From an uncultured Nitrospiraceae bacterium (GTDB taxonomy: Bacteria > Nitrospirota > Thermodesulfovibrionia > Thermodesulfovibrionales > Dissulfurispiraceae), in the NCBI GenBank assembly GCA_963705105.1, contig CAVPIW010000013.1, forward strand, positions 1 to 61,125: 61,125 nt of DNA, read 5' to 3'. Each line of letters starts with the position of its first letter. Position 1 is the first letter of the stretch. This document shows positions 50,595 to 59,551 of this stretch, piece after piece. The notes beneath the pieces are model-generated. The model did no database searches. It saw only the letters and a list, made by a program, of their open reading frames with translations, and had not been told where the DNA came from. Position numbers and translations under genes: made by a program.

Positions 50595-51803
50595 TCAGGC
50601 GCCCGGGATCAGATTCTCCTTGACCACTTCTGCGACGCCCTTTGTAAGGTTGGGAAACCGGATCTGTTCATAGCCGATGTAGTCATACCCAGCGTACACC
50701 AACACCGCCAGCAACGCCACCCGGAGAGCCGTGACGACCGCGAGAACCTGAGGAAATTGAGCCTGGACGAACTTGGACAGCCCGATGACGTCCCCAATCG
50801 TGTTGATGCGCCCTACCAGGACTGTGAACTTGTCGGACAGCGCCGCGACGGTAATCGCGGTCGCGTTGATCACCTCCACCCCGGCCGCGGTTTTCGCCAG
50901 CCAACCCGGCAGCGCTGCATCAAGCGCATCAACCTTGTAGAGCTTGCCGACCAACTTCTCGAATAGTTCAATTTTGCCGGTCTTCTGGATCTCGTCAAGC
51001 CACGCCTTGATTCGCTTGCGGGCTTCGCCTTCGACCTCTCTGCCCAGCAGGGCCAAGATCTTATCGTAGACGTTGAGCACAGTCCTGGTGGCTGTCGAGA
51101 TAGCGTGTTGAATGAGCGCGCTCGCCCCCTCCTTCACGCGGTCAAACACCTTCGCGATGTCTTTACTCAGCAATCCCGCGCTCTCCATGACCGCACTCCA
51201 CTCAGTCTTGAACACCAACTTGAAGGCAAGATCGCCGCCGACCTCAACCACCCTCTGTGAGATGGCGCTCGCCGTCACGGTGGCCGCTTGCTGCAGTGCT
51301 TTCTTGGCCGTCTCAGGAGTGTCCGCCGCTTTTGGGGCGCGCCGAGCCTTACTGGGAGCGACTAGCCCTGCGGAAACGGTCTTCGCCATCGCCTTCTCCA
51401 TATTGTCGATGGCCTCGCGCAGGCTGGCACCGCGTGCTGCGCGCGTTATCCCGCGAGGCGCCCGTTCGGCTGCTGAAGGAGGACCGGCTGTCTCGCTCGC
51501 AGCGATCTGCATCAGCTCAGTCGCAACCTGCAGTTCCGCTGCAGCCTGCGCCAGCAGCTGCCCGCTGATGCCCTCACGCAGGGCCGGGTCCGGCGCCTGC
51601 AGGTAGACCTGAGCCAGCGGCGCCATTTTCTCCGAAATATCGGCTATAACTTCTGCGTGATCGATCAGCGTCTCCACGGGTATGTCTGCGGCGCCGCGCG
51701 TGACTGCCCTATTTCCGGCGGGCCGCGCATCCCTCAGCGCCCGGAACCGGGCGAGGTAGTCCTTCGTTGCCTCTTCATACGTGTGGTACACCTGTCTCTC
51801 CAT
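50595..51803 (-). CDS. uncharacterised Ala-rich helical protein with hydrophobic C-terminal segment
   Basis: 402-aa ORF, RBS AAAGGAGA, co-oriented in cluster; VLAVVTALRVALLAVLVYAGYDY. Confidence 0.8.
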   Translation of the reverse strand: MERQVYHTYEEATKDYLARFRALRDARPAGNRAVTRGAADIPVETLIDHAEVIADISEKMAPLAQVYLQAPDPALREGISGQLLAQAAAELQVATELMQIAASETAGPPSAAERAPRGITRAARGASLREAIDNMEKAMAKTVSAGLVAPSKARRAPKAADTPETAKKALQQAATVTASAISQRVVEVGGDLAFKLVFKTEWSAVMESAGLLSKDIAKVFDRVKEGASALIQHAISTATRTVLNVYDKILALLGREVEGEARKRIKAWLDEIQKTGKIELFEKLVGKLYKVDALDAALPGWLAKTAAGVEVINATAITVAALSDKFTVLVGRINTIGDVIGLSKFVQAQFPQVLAVVTALRVALLAVLVYAGYDYIGYEQIRFPNLTKGVAEVVKENLIPGA

Positions 51804-51850
51804 TGTTGATCTCCTTTCGGGGTACTGAGGTCGCCTCTATCCGGATGTCA

Positions 51851-53302
51851 TCAAAGACTGCCCTCCCACCCCACGATCTCTCCCCCTTTCTTTATTGTCT
51901 TGACTTTCTGTTTCACGGTGGCCTGGGTGCCTTCCTCGGTTTCCTTACTTTTGATCCCAACCATCTTGCCTCCCCTACCCACAATCCCCGCGCCTTGCCG
52001 TACATCGAGGGAACCTTTAAGCTTGGTAACCTTGATCCCGGTCATCTTGCCTTCAAGCGTATCTGTAACGGTCTGTCGGATGATCTTCCGGAACTGCTCG
52101 GCAGCCCGTCCAGCCCGCTGCATCCGTTCGGGAAATAGTTGGCCGTCAGGCAAGCGGCTGTAAAGGACAGGCACGCCCCATTCGACATCCACGTTGTGTT
52201 CGAGATCCGGATTGGTGCTGGTCTCTCGCAGCATCGCTCGTCGTGCCGCCGACATCGCTTCGTCCAGTGACAGGCCGATGGCAAGCGCGCTATAGAAGGC
52301 CCGGCTGAAAGCCTTGGCGCTGACGTCGATCACCTCATACTGCATGGCGACGATCGCCGGGATTTCCCTGGCGGCCAACGCACTGGCAAGACCATCCCAA
52401 GAGGCTCTTTCCTGACGTTCACCGGAGTAGCACGCCCCCAGGACGACCAGCCGCACGCCTGCATCCTGGACGATCGCCGCGAGGTCGCTGGCGTGCAACC
52501 TGGCCTCTGCCCTGCTTTTCTTGTCGGCAACGAGGAGCAGCGCGGCTTCGTCATGCGGGCCTGCAGTGGACCCCTCAGGCCCGGGAATGCCGTGCCCCGC
52601 AAAGTGGAAGATATGAGTTCCCTTAGGCAGTTTCTGGGCCAATTCATCGGGGGTCGCATTCGTGAGCACCGGGCCGAGCGTAAAGCGTACCCCTTCCACG
52701 TTGAAGTCCTTCAGGGACTCCCGGATCACCGCGAGGTCCTTGTCCAACCGAAGCTTCGGCTGTTTCTTCGGTAAGGCTGATGCGAATACCATTCGGATGT
52801 CGGTCACATCCTTCGTCGTCTTTTCCTGCGTCGGGTGGGGGTGCGGTATGGGTTCGTGACGCACAATTGAAATGCGTGGGTTCAGCGCGAGAAACCCGAG
52901 CATGGACTTGGATTCGGGACCGCCAAGGAAGTCGAGGTAGGCATATTCCCAGGGCCACGTCTTCAGAACGTGGTCGGCAATGATCAGGCGCAGCCGCACG
53001 CCGCCATCGATGCCGGCCCGGTCATAAGCCGCTCGAAACCGCTCCCGAATGACCCCCTCAGGTAGGAGGCAGTTAGCAAGCTTCTTGCCCAGCACAACCA
53101 TGCTGCCAAAAGTCCCCTGTTTAGCAACCAGCAACAGCATGGCATCGGATGGAGGACTCTCTTGGAGGGGAACCGAAATAGGAGTAATCGTCTCGCCCAC
53201 CTCTGGAGTCGGCAACAGAGCCACTTGGCACACGCTCTTTCCATCCGGAGAGCGTGTCAGGTAGAGGTTAAAGTCCATATATTGTCGTGGTTTTGTTGCC
53301 AT
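51851..53302 (-). CDS. CHAT-domain (caspase-like) protease with C-terminal beta-repeat tail
   Basis: WPWEY, HFAGHG, VVLGACYS, VAMQYEV, FSRAFY, WGVPVLY; RBS AGGAGG before ATG 53302. Confidence 0.92.
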   Translation of the reverse strand: MATKPRQYMDFNLYLTRSPDGKSVCQVALLPTPEVGETITPISVPLQESPPSDAMLLLVAKQGTFGSMVVLGKKLANCLLPEGVIRERFRAAYDRAGIDGGVRLRLIIADHVLKTWPWEYAYLDFLGGPESKSMLGFLALNPRISIVRHEPIPHPHPTQEKTTKDVTDIRMVFASALPKKQPKLRLDKDLAVIRESLKDFNVEGVRFTLGPVLTNATPDELAQKLPKGTHIFHFAGHGIPGPEGSTAGPHDEAALLLVADKKSRAEARLHASDLAAIVQDAGVRLVVLGACYSGERQERASWDGLASALAAREIPAIVAMQYEVIDVSAKAFSRAFYSALAIGLSLDEAMSAARRAMLRETSTNPDLEHNVDVEWGVPVLYSRLPDGQLFPERMQRAGRAAEQFRKIIRQTVTDTLEGKMTGIKVTKLKGSLDVRQGAGIVGRGGKMVGIKSKETEEGTQATVKQKVKTIKKGGEIVGWEGSL

Positions 53303-54168
53303 ATCGTCTTCCTCCTGCAGGGCTTCCAATCACGAGAATATCTGCCTCTTCTTGTTCGTCTTCTTCCCCTCCAACTGCGGGTGCTGAGGATAGCCGCCGT
53401 CGTCCAGCAGCACCTGGAGGCGGTCATGCACCTGTTGATACGTGATCTGATAGTTCAACTCCTTGATGGCCTGCAGGGCATAGTAGGTCATGGCGCCGTG
53501 ATAGGTCCCGCCGATGAGGGCGTCATAGGAATACTCCTTGTCCGAGCACCCGCTCAGGAGCACGTCCTTCATCTTCGATTCCGGGAACTTGATCTTCCCC
53601 TTCGGTTTTGCCTTAAAGGGATTCTCCAGCACCTTCATGCCCATGAGGGCCGGATTGAGAAACCTTATTCTCCTGTCATCAGGCGTTTTCAATCCGGGAA
53701 TGACCTCGGCGACTGCCGCCCGCGTCACCGTACCGGAGAAGCAGGAGTCAGAGATGACCGTCATGCGGACACCCTTTTGCAGCTCCGCAAACATGTTACG
53801 CAGCTCATCGTCGATAATCAGGTTGGAATCGCAGTCATAGGGACAGAGGGCCTCATCGTACTTTTCTTCATCGCCGCCCTCCTCTGCAACATAGGTTCCG
53901 TGCGATGAGTTGGTGAAGACGAGGATATCGCCGGACTGGGCGCCTGCCAGCAGGTCTTTAATGCCGGCGATCATTTTCTCCTTCGTGGCCTCGGTATCGA
54001 GCATGAGTTTCACGTCGGCCTTTGCGAAACCGAAATGATCGATAATGAGTCCCGCCCACGCCTTTGCGTCATTGACACAGCCGTTGAGATCGTTGCCGTC
54101 ATAGGGATAATCGTTGATGCCCACACAGAGAGCCTGGGGTCGGTTGTCAATAGTGGACACCAAACCTC

Positions 54169-55032
54169 TCATGCTGCCTGTGCATTCATATGGTATGCTT
54201 TTTCAAAAGCAGCAGGTGAAAGATACCCAAGTCTTGCCTGCCGCCGCTGCCGATTGTAGAACACCTCGATATACTCGGTGATCTCCCGAATCGCCTCCTG
54301 CCTCGTCTTATACCGCCTGTGATGCACAAGTTCACTTTTCAACACTCCCCAGAAACTCTCCATCGGCGCGTTGTCATAGCAGTTGCCCGTCCCGCTCATT
54401 GAGGCATTCATCTTCAAGTGTTTCAGCAGCTTCCTGTAGTCATGCGCACAATACTGACTGCCCCGGTCAGAGTGGTGTATCAGCTCTGCAGGAGGACGTT
54501 TCGCCCAGATCGCTCGTAACAACGATTCCCTGACAAGGTTCTGTGTTATCCTCTCCCCCATCGCATACCCCACAATCTCTCCCGCAAAAAGGTCCTTATG
54601 CGCTGCAAGATATAGCCACCCTTCCTCCGTCGGGATATACGTGATGTCGCTGACCCACACGCGGCCCGGTGCCGTCGCCTCAAAGTCTTGCTGTAGCAGA
54701 TTGTCCGCCACAGGTAACGTATGCCGCGAGTCCGTTGTGACCTTGAACCGCCGCTTTTGTTTGCACCGTATCCCCAATTTCCTGCGTATCCTCTTGATTC
54801 GGCTCACTCCTGCTTTCACCCCGTGGGCTGCCAAATCCTTCTGCAGACGCTCCGGACCATACGTCCCTCGTGTGCGCTCGTGTGCCGCCTGTATCTCGAC
54901 CTCCAACCGCGCCTCCTCTTTGGCATGGGCGGACGCGGGCCGACTGACCCAGGCAAAATAACCGCTCGCCGATACATCAAAAACACGGCTCATAAACGGG
55001 ATCGGATACTCGAGTCGCAATTCATTCATCAT
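54169..55032 (-). CDS. IS3 transposase OrfB
   Basis: Identical protein to 9918-10781. Confidence 0.95.
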   Translation of the reverse strand: MMNELRLEYPIPFMSRVFDVSASGYFAWVSRPASAHAKEEARLEVEIQAAHERTRGTYGPERLQKDLAAHGVKAGVSRIKRIRRKLGIRCKQKRRFKVTTDSRHTLPVADNLLQQDFEATAPGRVWVSDITYIPTEEGWLYLAAHKDLFAGEIVGYAMGERITQNLVRESLLRAIWAKRPPAELIHHSDRGSQYCAHDYRKLLKHLKMNASMSGTGNCYDNAPMESFWGVLKSELVHHRRYKTRQEAIREITEYIEVFYNRQRRQARLGYLSPAAFEKAYHMNAQAA

Positions 55033-55343
55033 CGCGTACCTGGCTGCGACTCCCTCGCAAAGTACGCGGCCGCTTTTTTTAACAGGTCCCGCTCCATCCT
55101 CGTCTCTATAAGCTCTTTCTTGACTCTTGCCAGTTCCATCTCTATCTCGGTGAGGGGCCGATAGTTCTTGCCGATGTCCTTGAGTTTGCCGGCCTTATAC
55201 GCCTTGACCCAGTTGCCCAACGTAGATGGCGGCAACGACAACCGATGGGCCACTTCAGGTAATGACATGCCTGTCTCCACAATCATCTTCACTGCTTCCT
55301 CTCGAAATTCCTTCGTGTACCGTCCTTGCGGAATCCCTTTCAT
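55029..55343 (-). CDS. IS3 transposase OrfA
   Basis: Identical protein to 10778-11092. Confidence 0.95.
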   Translation of the reverse strand: MKGIPQGRYTKEFREEAVKMIVETGMSLPEVAHRLSLPPSTLGNWVKAYKAGKLKDIGKNYRPLTEIEMELARVKKELIETRMERDLLKKAAAYFARESQPGTR

Positions 55344-55570
55344 TCTGACACCTCCGTCTTTCTTAGTTTACCGACTTTGGTGTCCACTTTTTCCATCTAC
55401 TCAAGCCCTCTTTGCCATGCCGTCCTCCTTCCGGGGACCATGATGTCCCCAACGCGGTCTTTACTCGTGTTTTTTATCTGCGCCTTTTCCCTTTCATTCT
55501 GTTGCCACGGTATATATTGTGCGCGCCTCCGGTTTTTTTGACCGCATCAAAGTTTTTGGTCCCGTCGCAC

Positions 55571-56569
55571 TCAGGAAAACATGCCCTCCGCGAGCCATTC
55601 CGATCGGTACACGGTCCAGAAATCCACTGCCAGCCCCTCCTCAACATATTTGTAGGGGAGATAGCCGTACCCGTTCTCGCCCCAATCATCGCCCCAGGAG
55701 TTCCGGAAAATCAAACACCCTTCCTTCATCTTTTTCCCGGCGTCCTCGATTTCGATATCATCGTCATAGCCCACCGCCAAAACGGCGTGACCGCCCTGCA
55801 GTCTGTCCGTCGACGTCGGATAGGGCACGTAGGGAGAATCGGTCATCGACGTGTAAACAGGAAACCCGAAGGCCACCACAAAGCCCGCCGCCAGGACGTA
55901 TTTGACGGCGCCCAGCGTCTCTTTGCCGCTCGCATGGTAAGGATCCAGACGGGCGTACTTCATCGCCTTGAAGTTGTTGGCATACCCATAGAGAAACGCG
56001 TCCGGCTCGTCCTCATAACGACTGATGTCATAAGGGCAATACTCCTCGGGGGGCACGCCGAAGCCGGCGGCGGCCTTGATGGTGGTGCGAATGTGAGCGC
56101 CCGTATCCCCTGTCCAGCCAAGCAGCCGGCGGGTCACTTTATATAGAAACAGCCGGGACAGGTCGGTGTGCTCGCCGATCCCGCGCCGCATCATATACTC
56201 CAGCATGCCGATGACGGCGTGGGCGGTGCATGAGCCGAGGGCGTCCTGGTTTTCTACCGAAGAACAATACGAGCGATTGTCTGCGCGATTTGGAATTTTC
56301 GTCGTCACAGGCGCAAGGCCAAGACGCACGTTCGCTGTCTGTAAGGGTTCTTTAAATGCGGGCGTGTCCAGGCCGTGATCGCGGCAGTCCGGGATATCGG
56401 GTTGCCAGCCGCCGGCAACCTGACGTCGACCGGAGCGCGGTATAATGAGGCCGGCCCCTGTTTTCATAAGGACGGCCTTGCCGTCGGCACGGGAAATAAC
56501 GACACCTCCTCCGGCGCGAGATGCAATCGGGCGGGCCCCGGCCTTTGACGCAGTTTTGTCTGTTTTCAT
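55571..56569 (-). CDS. papain-like cysteine protease (peptidase C1), copy 1
   Basis: NQDALGSCTAHA, LSRLFLY, GGHAVLAVGYDD, RNSWG. Confidence 0.93.
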   Translation of the reverse strand: MKTDKTASKAGARPIASRAGGGVVISRADGKAVLMKTGAGLIIPRSGRRQVAGGWQPDIPDCRDHGLDTPAFKEPLQTANVRLGLAPVTTKIPNRADNRSYCSSVENQDALGSCTAHAVIGMLEYMMRRGIGEHTDLSRLFLYKVTRRLLGWTGDTGAHIRTTIKAAAGFGVPPEEYCPYDISRYEDEPDAFLYGYANNFKAMKYARLDPYHASGKETLGAVKYVLAAGFVVAFGFPVYTSMTDSPYVPYPTSTDRLQGGHAVLAVGYDDDIEIEDAGKKMKEGCLIFRNSWGDDWGENGYGYLPYKYVEEGLAVDFWTVYRSEWLAEGMFS

Positions 56570-56699
56570 GACGATTTCTCCTGATCTCTTCGTATGGCGT
56601 TAGCTCGGTTAATGAACGACCCGGGGGACCCTTTTCAATCCCCCGGATACATGCAACAGGCGTGGCCGTTGTCCCCGCTTTCTCGGCAGGCGACAGACA

Positions 56700-57515
56700 T
56701 CACGTGAATATCTGCCTCTTTTTGTTCGTCTTCTTCCCTTCCAGTTGCGGGTGCTGGGGGTAGCCGCCGTCGTCCAGCAGCACCTGGAGGCGGTCATGCA
56801 CCTGCTGGTGCGTGATCTGATAGTTCAGCTCCTTGATGGCCTCGATGGCGTAATAGGTCATGGCGCCGTGATAGGTCCCGCCGATGAGGGCGTCATAGGA
56901 GTATTCCTTGTCCGTGCAGCCGCTGAGCAGGAGCGCCTTCATTTTTGACTCCGGGTACTTGATCTTCCCTTTCGGTTTTGCCTTGAAGGGATTCTCGAGC
57001 ACTTTCCTGCCCATGAGAGCGGGGTTGAGAAACCTGATCCTTCTGTCGTCAGGGGTCTTCAGTCCGGGAATGATCTCGGTAATGGCCGCCCGCAGCACAG
57101 TTCCCGAGAAGCAGGAGTCCGAGACGACCGTCATGCGGACACCCTTTGCAAGCCCTTCAATGAGCTCGCGCAACTCGTCATCGACGATGAGATTTTCTGC
57201 ACAGTCGTAAGGACAAAGGGCCTCGTCGTACATCTCCTCATCTCCGCTCGTGTCCGCCAGATATGTTCCGTGCGACGAGTTTGTGAAGACGAGGATATCG
57301 CCCGACTTTGCACCTGTCAGCAGGTCCTTGATGCCTGCGATCATTTTCGCCTTTGTGGCCTCGGCGTCGAACATGAGCTTCACATCGGCCTTCGGGAACC
57401 CGAAGTGATCGATGATGAGACCGGCCCACGCCTTCGCGTCGTTGACGCACCCGTTGAGATCGTTACCGTCATAGGGATAATCGTTGATTCCCACACAGAG
57501 AGCCCTCTTTGCCAT
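56700..57515 (-). CDS. metacaspase (peptidase C14) B, copy 1
   Basis: SSHG / DSCFSG dyad; intact paralog of metacaspase A. Confidence 0.95.
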   Translation of the reverse strand: MAKRALCVGINDYPYDGNDLNGCVNDAKAWAGLIIDHFGFPKADVKLMFDAEATKAKMIAGIKDLLTGAKSGDILVFTNSSHGTYLADTSGDEEMYDEALCPYDCAENLIVDDELRELIEGLAKGVRMTVVSDSCFSGTVLRAAITEIIPGLKTPDDRRIRFLNPALMGRKVLENPFKAKPKGKIKYPESKMKALLLSGCTDKEYSYDALIGGTYHGAMTYYAIEAIKELNYQITHQQVHDRLQVLLDDGGYPQHPQLEGKKTNKKRQIFT

Positions 57516-57831
57516 GCCGTCCTCCTTCCGGGGATTATAATGTCCCCAGGACCTTTTATTACATGTTCTTCAGGTGTTTCCCGTACTCCTCCGAAATCTC
57601 CCGTAGCAATATCTTACTAATTCATACCACAAAATGACATTCCTGTCTTGACCTTTTTTGCTTTTCTTTTGACATATTTTCTCAGGAATGATGAAATCGC
57701 CGTTGCGGGGGAGTTACGGACGGGGAATGCTCAGCGTTGTCTGAGCGGCAGGAGAAGTCAGGATGGGCTTTACAGAGGTCGGAGCGGGGATAACCGGACG
57801 ATACAACTCGGATTAGGAAATAGAGCTGTTC

Positions 57832-58191
57832 CTATTGGCGCTTAAGCCCCAGGGCCTTCGAGTATGATTCCTCGGAAAAGCCGTAGATCTTTTTCCCGTT
57901 GATGATGGCAAAGGGAACGCCCTTGCGTCCGGAAAGCTCCTTCTTTCGCTCTGCTGCCCTGCTGTCCTTTTCTATATCGTAGGCCACATACCGGATGCGA
58001 TTGTCCTGAAGGAACTTGACGGCTTTCGCGCAATAGGGGCACCAGTCGGTAATGTAAATTTCGACCGTCGCTGCTTTCTCGTCGGCAGCAATTATCCGTC
58101 CGCCAGGTTTCGAAGACTCTCCGAAACAGAGACACTGTGTTCCCAGTATTACGGCTACCATCATTGCAAAAGCAACAAGCTTCACTCTCAT
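57832..58191 (-). CDS. exported glutaredoxin/NrdH-like protein, copy 1
   Basis: Signal peptide, WCPYC, GVP...ING...GF. Confidence 0.88.
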   Translation of the reverse strand: MRVKLVAFAMMVAVILGTQCLCFGESSKPGGRIIAADEKAATVEIYITDWCPYCAKAVKFLQDNRIRYVAYDIEKDSRAAERKKELSGRKGVPFAIINGKKIYGFSEESYSKALGLKRQ

Positions 58192-58422
58192 ATCCGTCTC
58201 CTTCAGGTTTGTATGCAACTCAACTATGCTGTGACATCCGTGGTCTTTCTGTTAGAGCCCTCTTTGCCATGCCGTCCTCCTTCCGGGGACCATGATGTCC
58301 CCAACGCGGTCTTTACTCGTGTTTTTTATCTGCGCCTTTTCCCTCTCATTCTGTTGCCACGGTATATATTGTGCGCGCCTCCGGTTTTTTTGACCGCATC
58401 AAAGTTTTTGGTCCCGTCGCAC

Positions 58423-59421
58423 TCAGGAAAACATGCCCTCCGCGAGCCATTCCGATCGGTACACGGTCCAGAAATCCACTGCCAGCCCCTCCTCAACATA
58501 TTTGTAGGGGAGATAGCCGTACCCGTTCTCGCCCCAATCATCGCCCCAGGAGTTCCGGAAAATCAAACACCCTTCCTTCATCTTTTTCCCGGCGTCCTCG
58601 ATTTCGATATCATCGTCATAGCCCACCGCCAAAACGGCGTGACCGCCCTGCAGTCTGTCCGTCGACGTCGGATAGGACACGTAGGGAGAATCGGTCATCG
58701 ACGTGTAAACAGGAAACCCGAAGGCCACCACAAAGCCCGCCGCCAGGACGTATTTGACGGCGCCCAGCGTCTCTTTGCCGCTCGCATGGTAAGGATCCAG
58801 ACGGGCGTACTTCATCGCCTTGAAGTTGTTGGCATACCCATAGAGAAACGCGTCCGGCTCGTCCTCATAACGACTGATGTCATAAGGGCAATACTCCTCG
58901 GGGGGCACGCCGAAGCCGGCGGCGGCCTTGATGGTGGTGCGAATGTGAGCGCCCGTATCCCCTGTCCAGCCAAGCAGCCGGCGGGTCACTTTATATAGAA
59001 ACAGCCGGGACAGGTCGGTGTGCTCGCCGATCCCGCGGCGCATCATATACTCCAGCATGCCGATGACGGCGTGGGCGGTGCATGAGCCGAGGGCGTCCTG
59101 GTTTTCTACCGAAGAACAATACGAGCGATTGTCTGCGCGATTTGGAATTTTCGTCGTCACAGGCGCAAGGCCAAGACGCACGTTCGCTGTCTGTAAGGGT
59201 TCTTTAAATGCGGGCGTGTCCAGGCCGTGATCGCGGCAGTCCGGGATATCGGGTTGCCAGCCGCCGGCAACCTGACGTCGACCGGAGCGCGGTATAATGA
59301 GGCCGGCCCCTGTTTTCATAAGGACGGCCTTGCCGTCGGCACGGGAAATAACGACACCTCCTCCGGCGCGAGATGCAATCGGGCGGGCCCCGGCCTTTGA
59401 CGCAGTTTTGTCTGTTTTCAT
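58423..59421 (-). CDS. papain-like cysteine protease (peptidase C1), copy 2
   Basis: As copy 1 except YVPYP to YVSYP. Confidence 0.93.
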   Translation of the reverse strand: MKTDKTASKAGARPIASRAGGGVVISRADGKAVLMKTGAGLIIPRSGRRQVAGGWQPDIPDCRDHGLDTPAFKEPLQTANVRLGLAPVTTKIPNRADNRSYCSSVENQDALGSCTAHAVIGMLEYMMRRGIGEHTDLSRLFLYKVTRRLLGWTGDTGAHIRTTIKAAAGFGVPPEEYCPYDISRYEDEPDAFLYGYANNFKAMKYARLDPYHASGKETLGAVKYVLAAGFVVAFGFPVYTSMTDSPYVSYPTSTDRLQGGHAVLAVGYDDDIEIEDAGKKMKEGCLIFRNSWGDDWGENGYGYLPYKYVEEGLAVDFWTVYRSEWLAEGMFS

Positions 59422-59551
59422 GACGATTTCTCCTGATCTCTTCGTATGGCGTTAGCTCGGTTAATGAACGACCCGGGGGACCCTTTTCAATCCCCCGGAT
59501 ACATGCAACAGGCGTGGCCGTTGTCCCCGCTTTCTCGGCAGGCGACAGACA

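Larger units (their letters stand above)
54135..55403 (-). mobile_element. IS3-family insertion sequence, copy 2
   Basis: Essentially identical to 9884-11154; 4-bp TSD AGCC. Confidence 0.95.
53330..55418 (-). pseudogene. metacaspase (peptidase C14) A, IS3 inserted after codon ~5
   Basis: ALCVGINDY, LNGCVND, SSHG, DSCFSG, QHPQL; native start MAKRA at 55418 lies beyond the IS. Confidence 0.92.

Noticed and set aside
50595..51803. Bacterial gasdermin
   Set aside because: Sequence looks all-helical and lacks the N-terminal Cys and beta-rich pattern of bacterial gasdermins; only a functional analogy is proposed
57832..58191. Glutaredoxin as a core member of the protease system
   Set aside because: Exported, separated by ~316 bp with an AT-rich promoter-like gap; probably a neighbour swept into the duplication, although a redox role cannot be excluded
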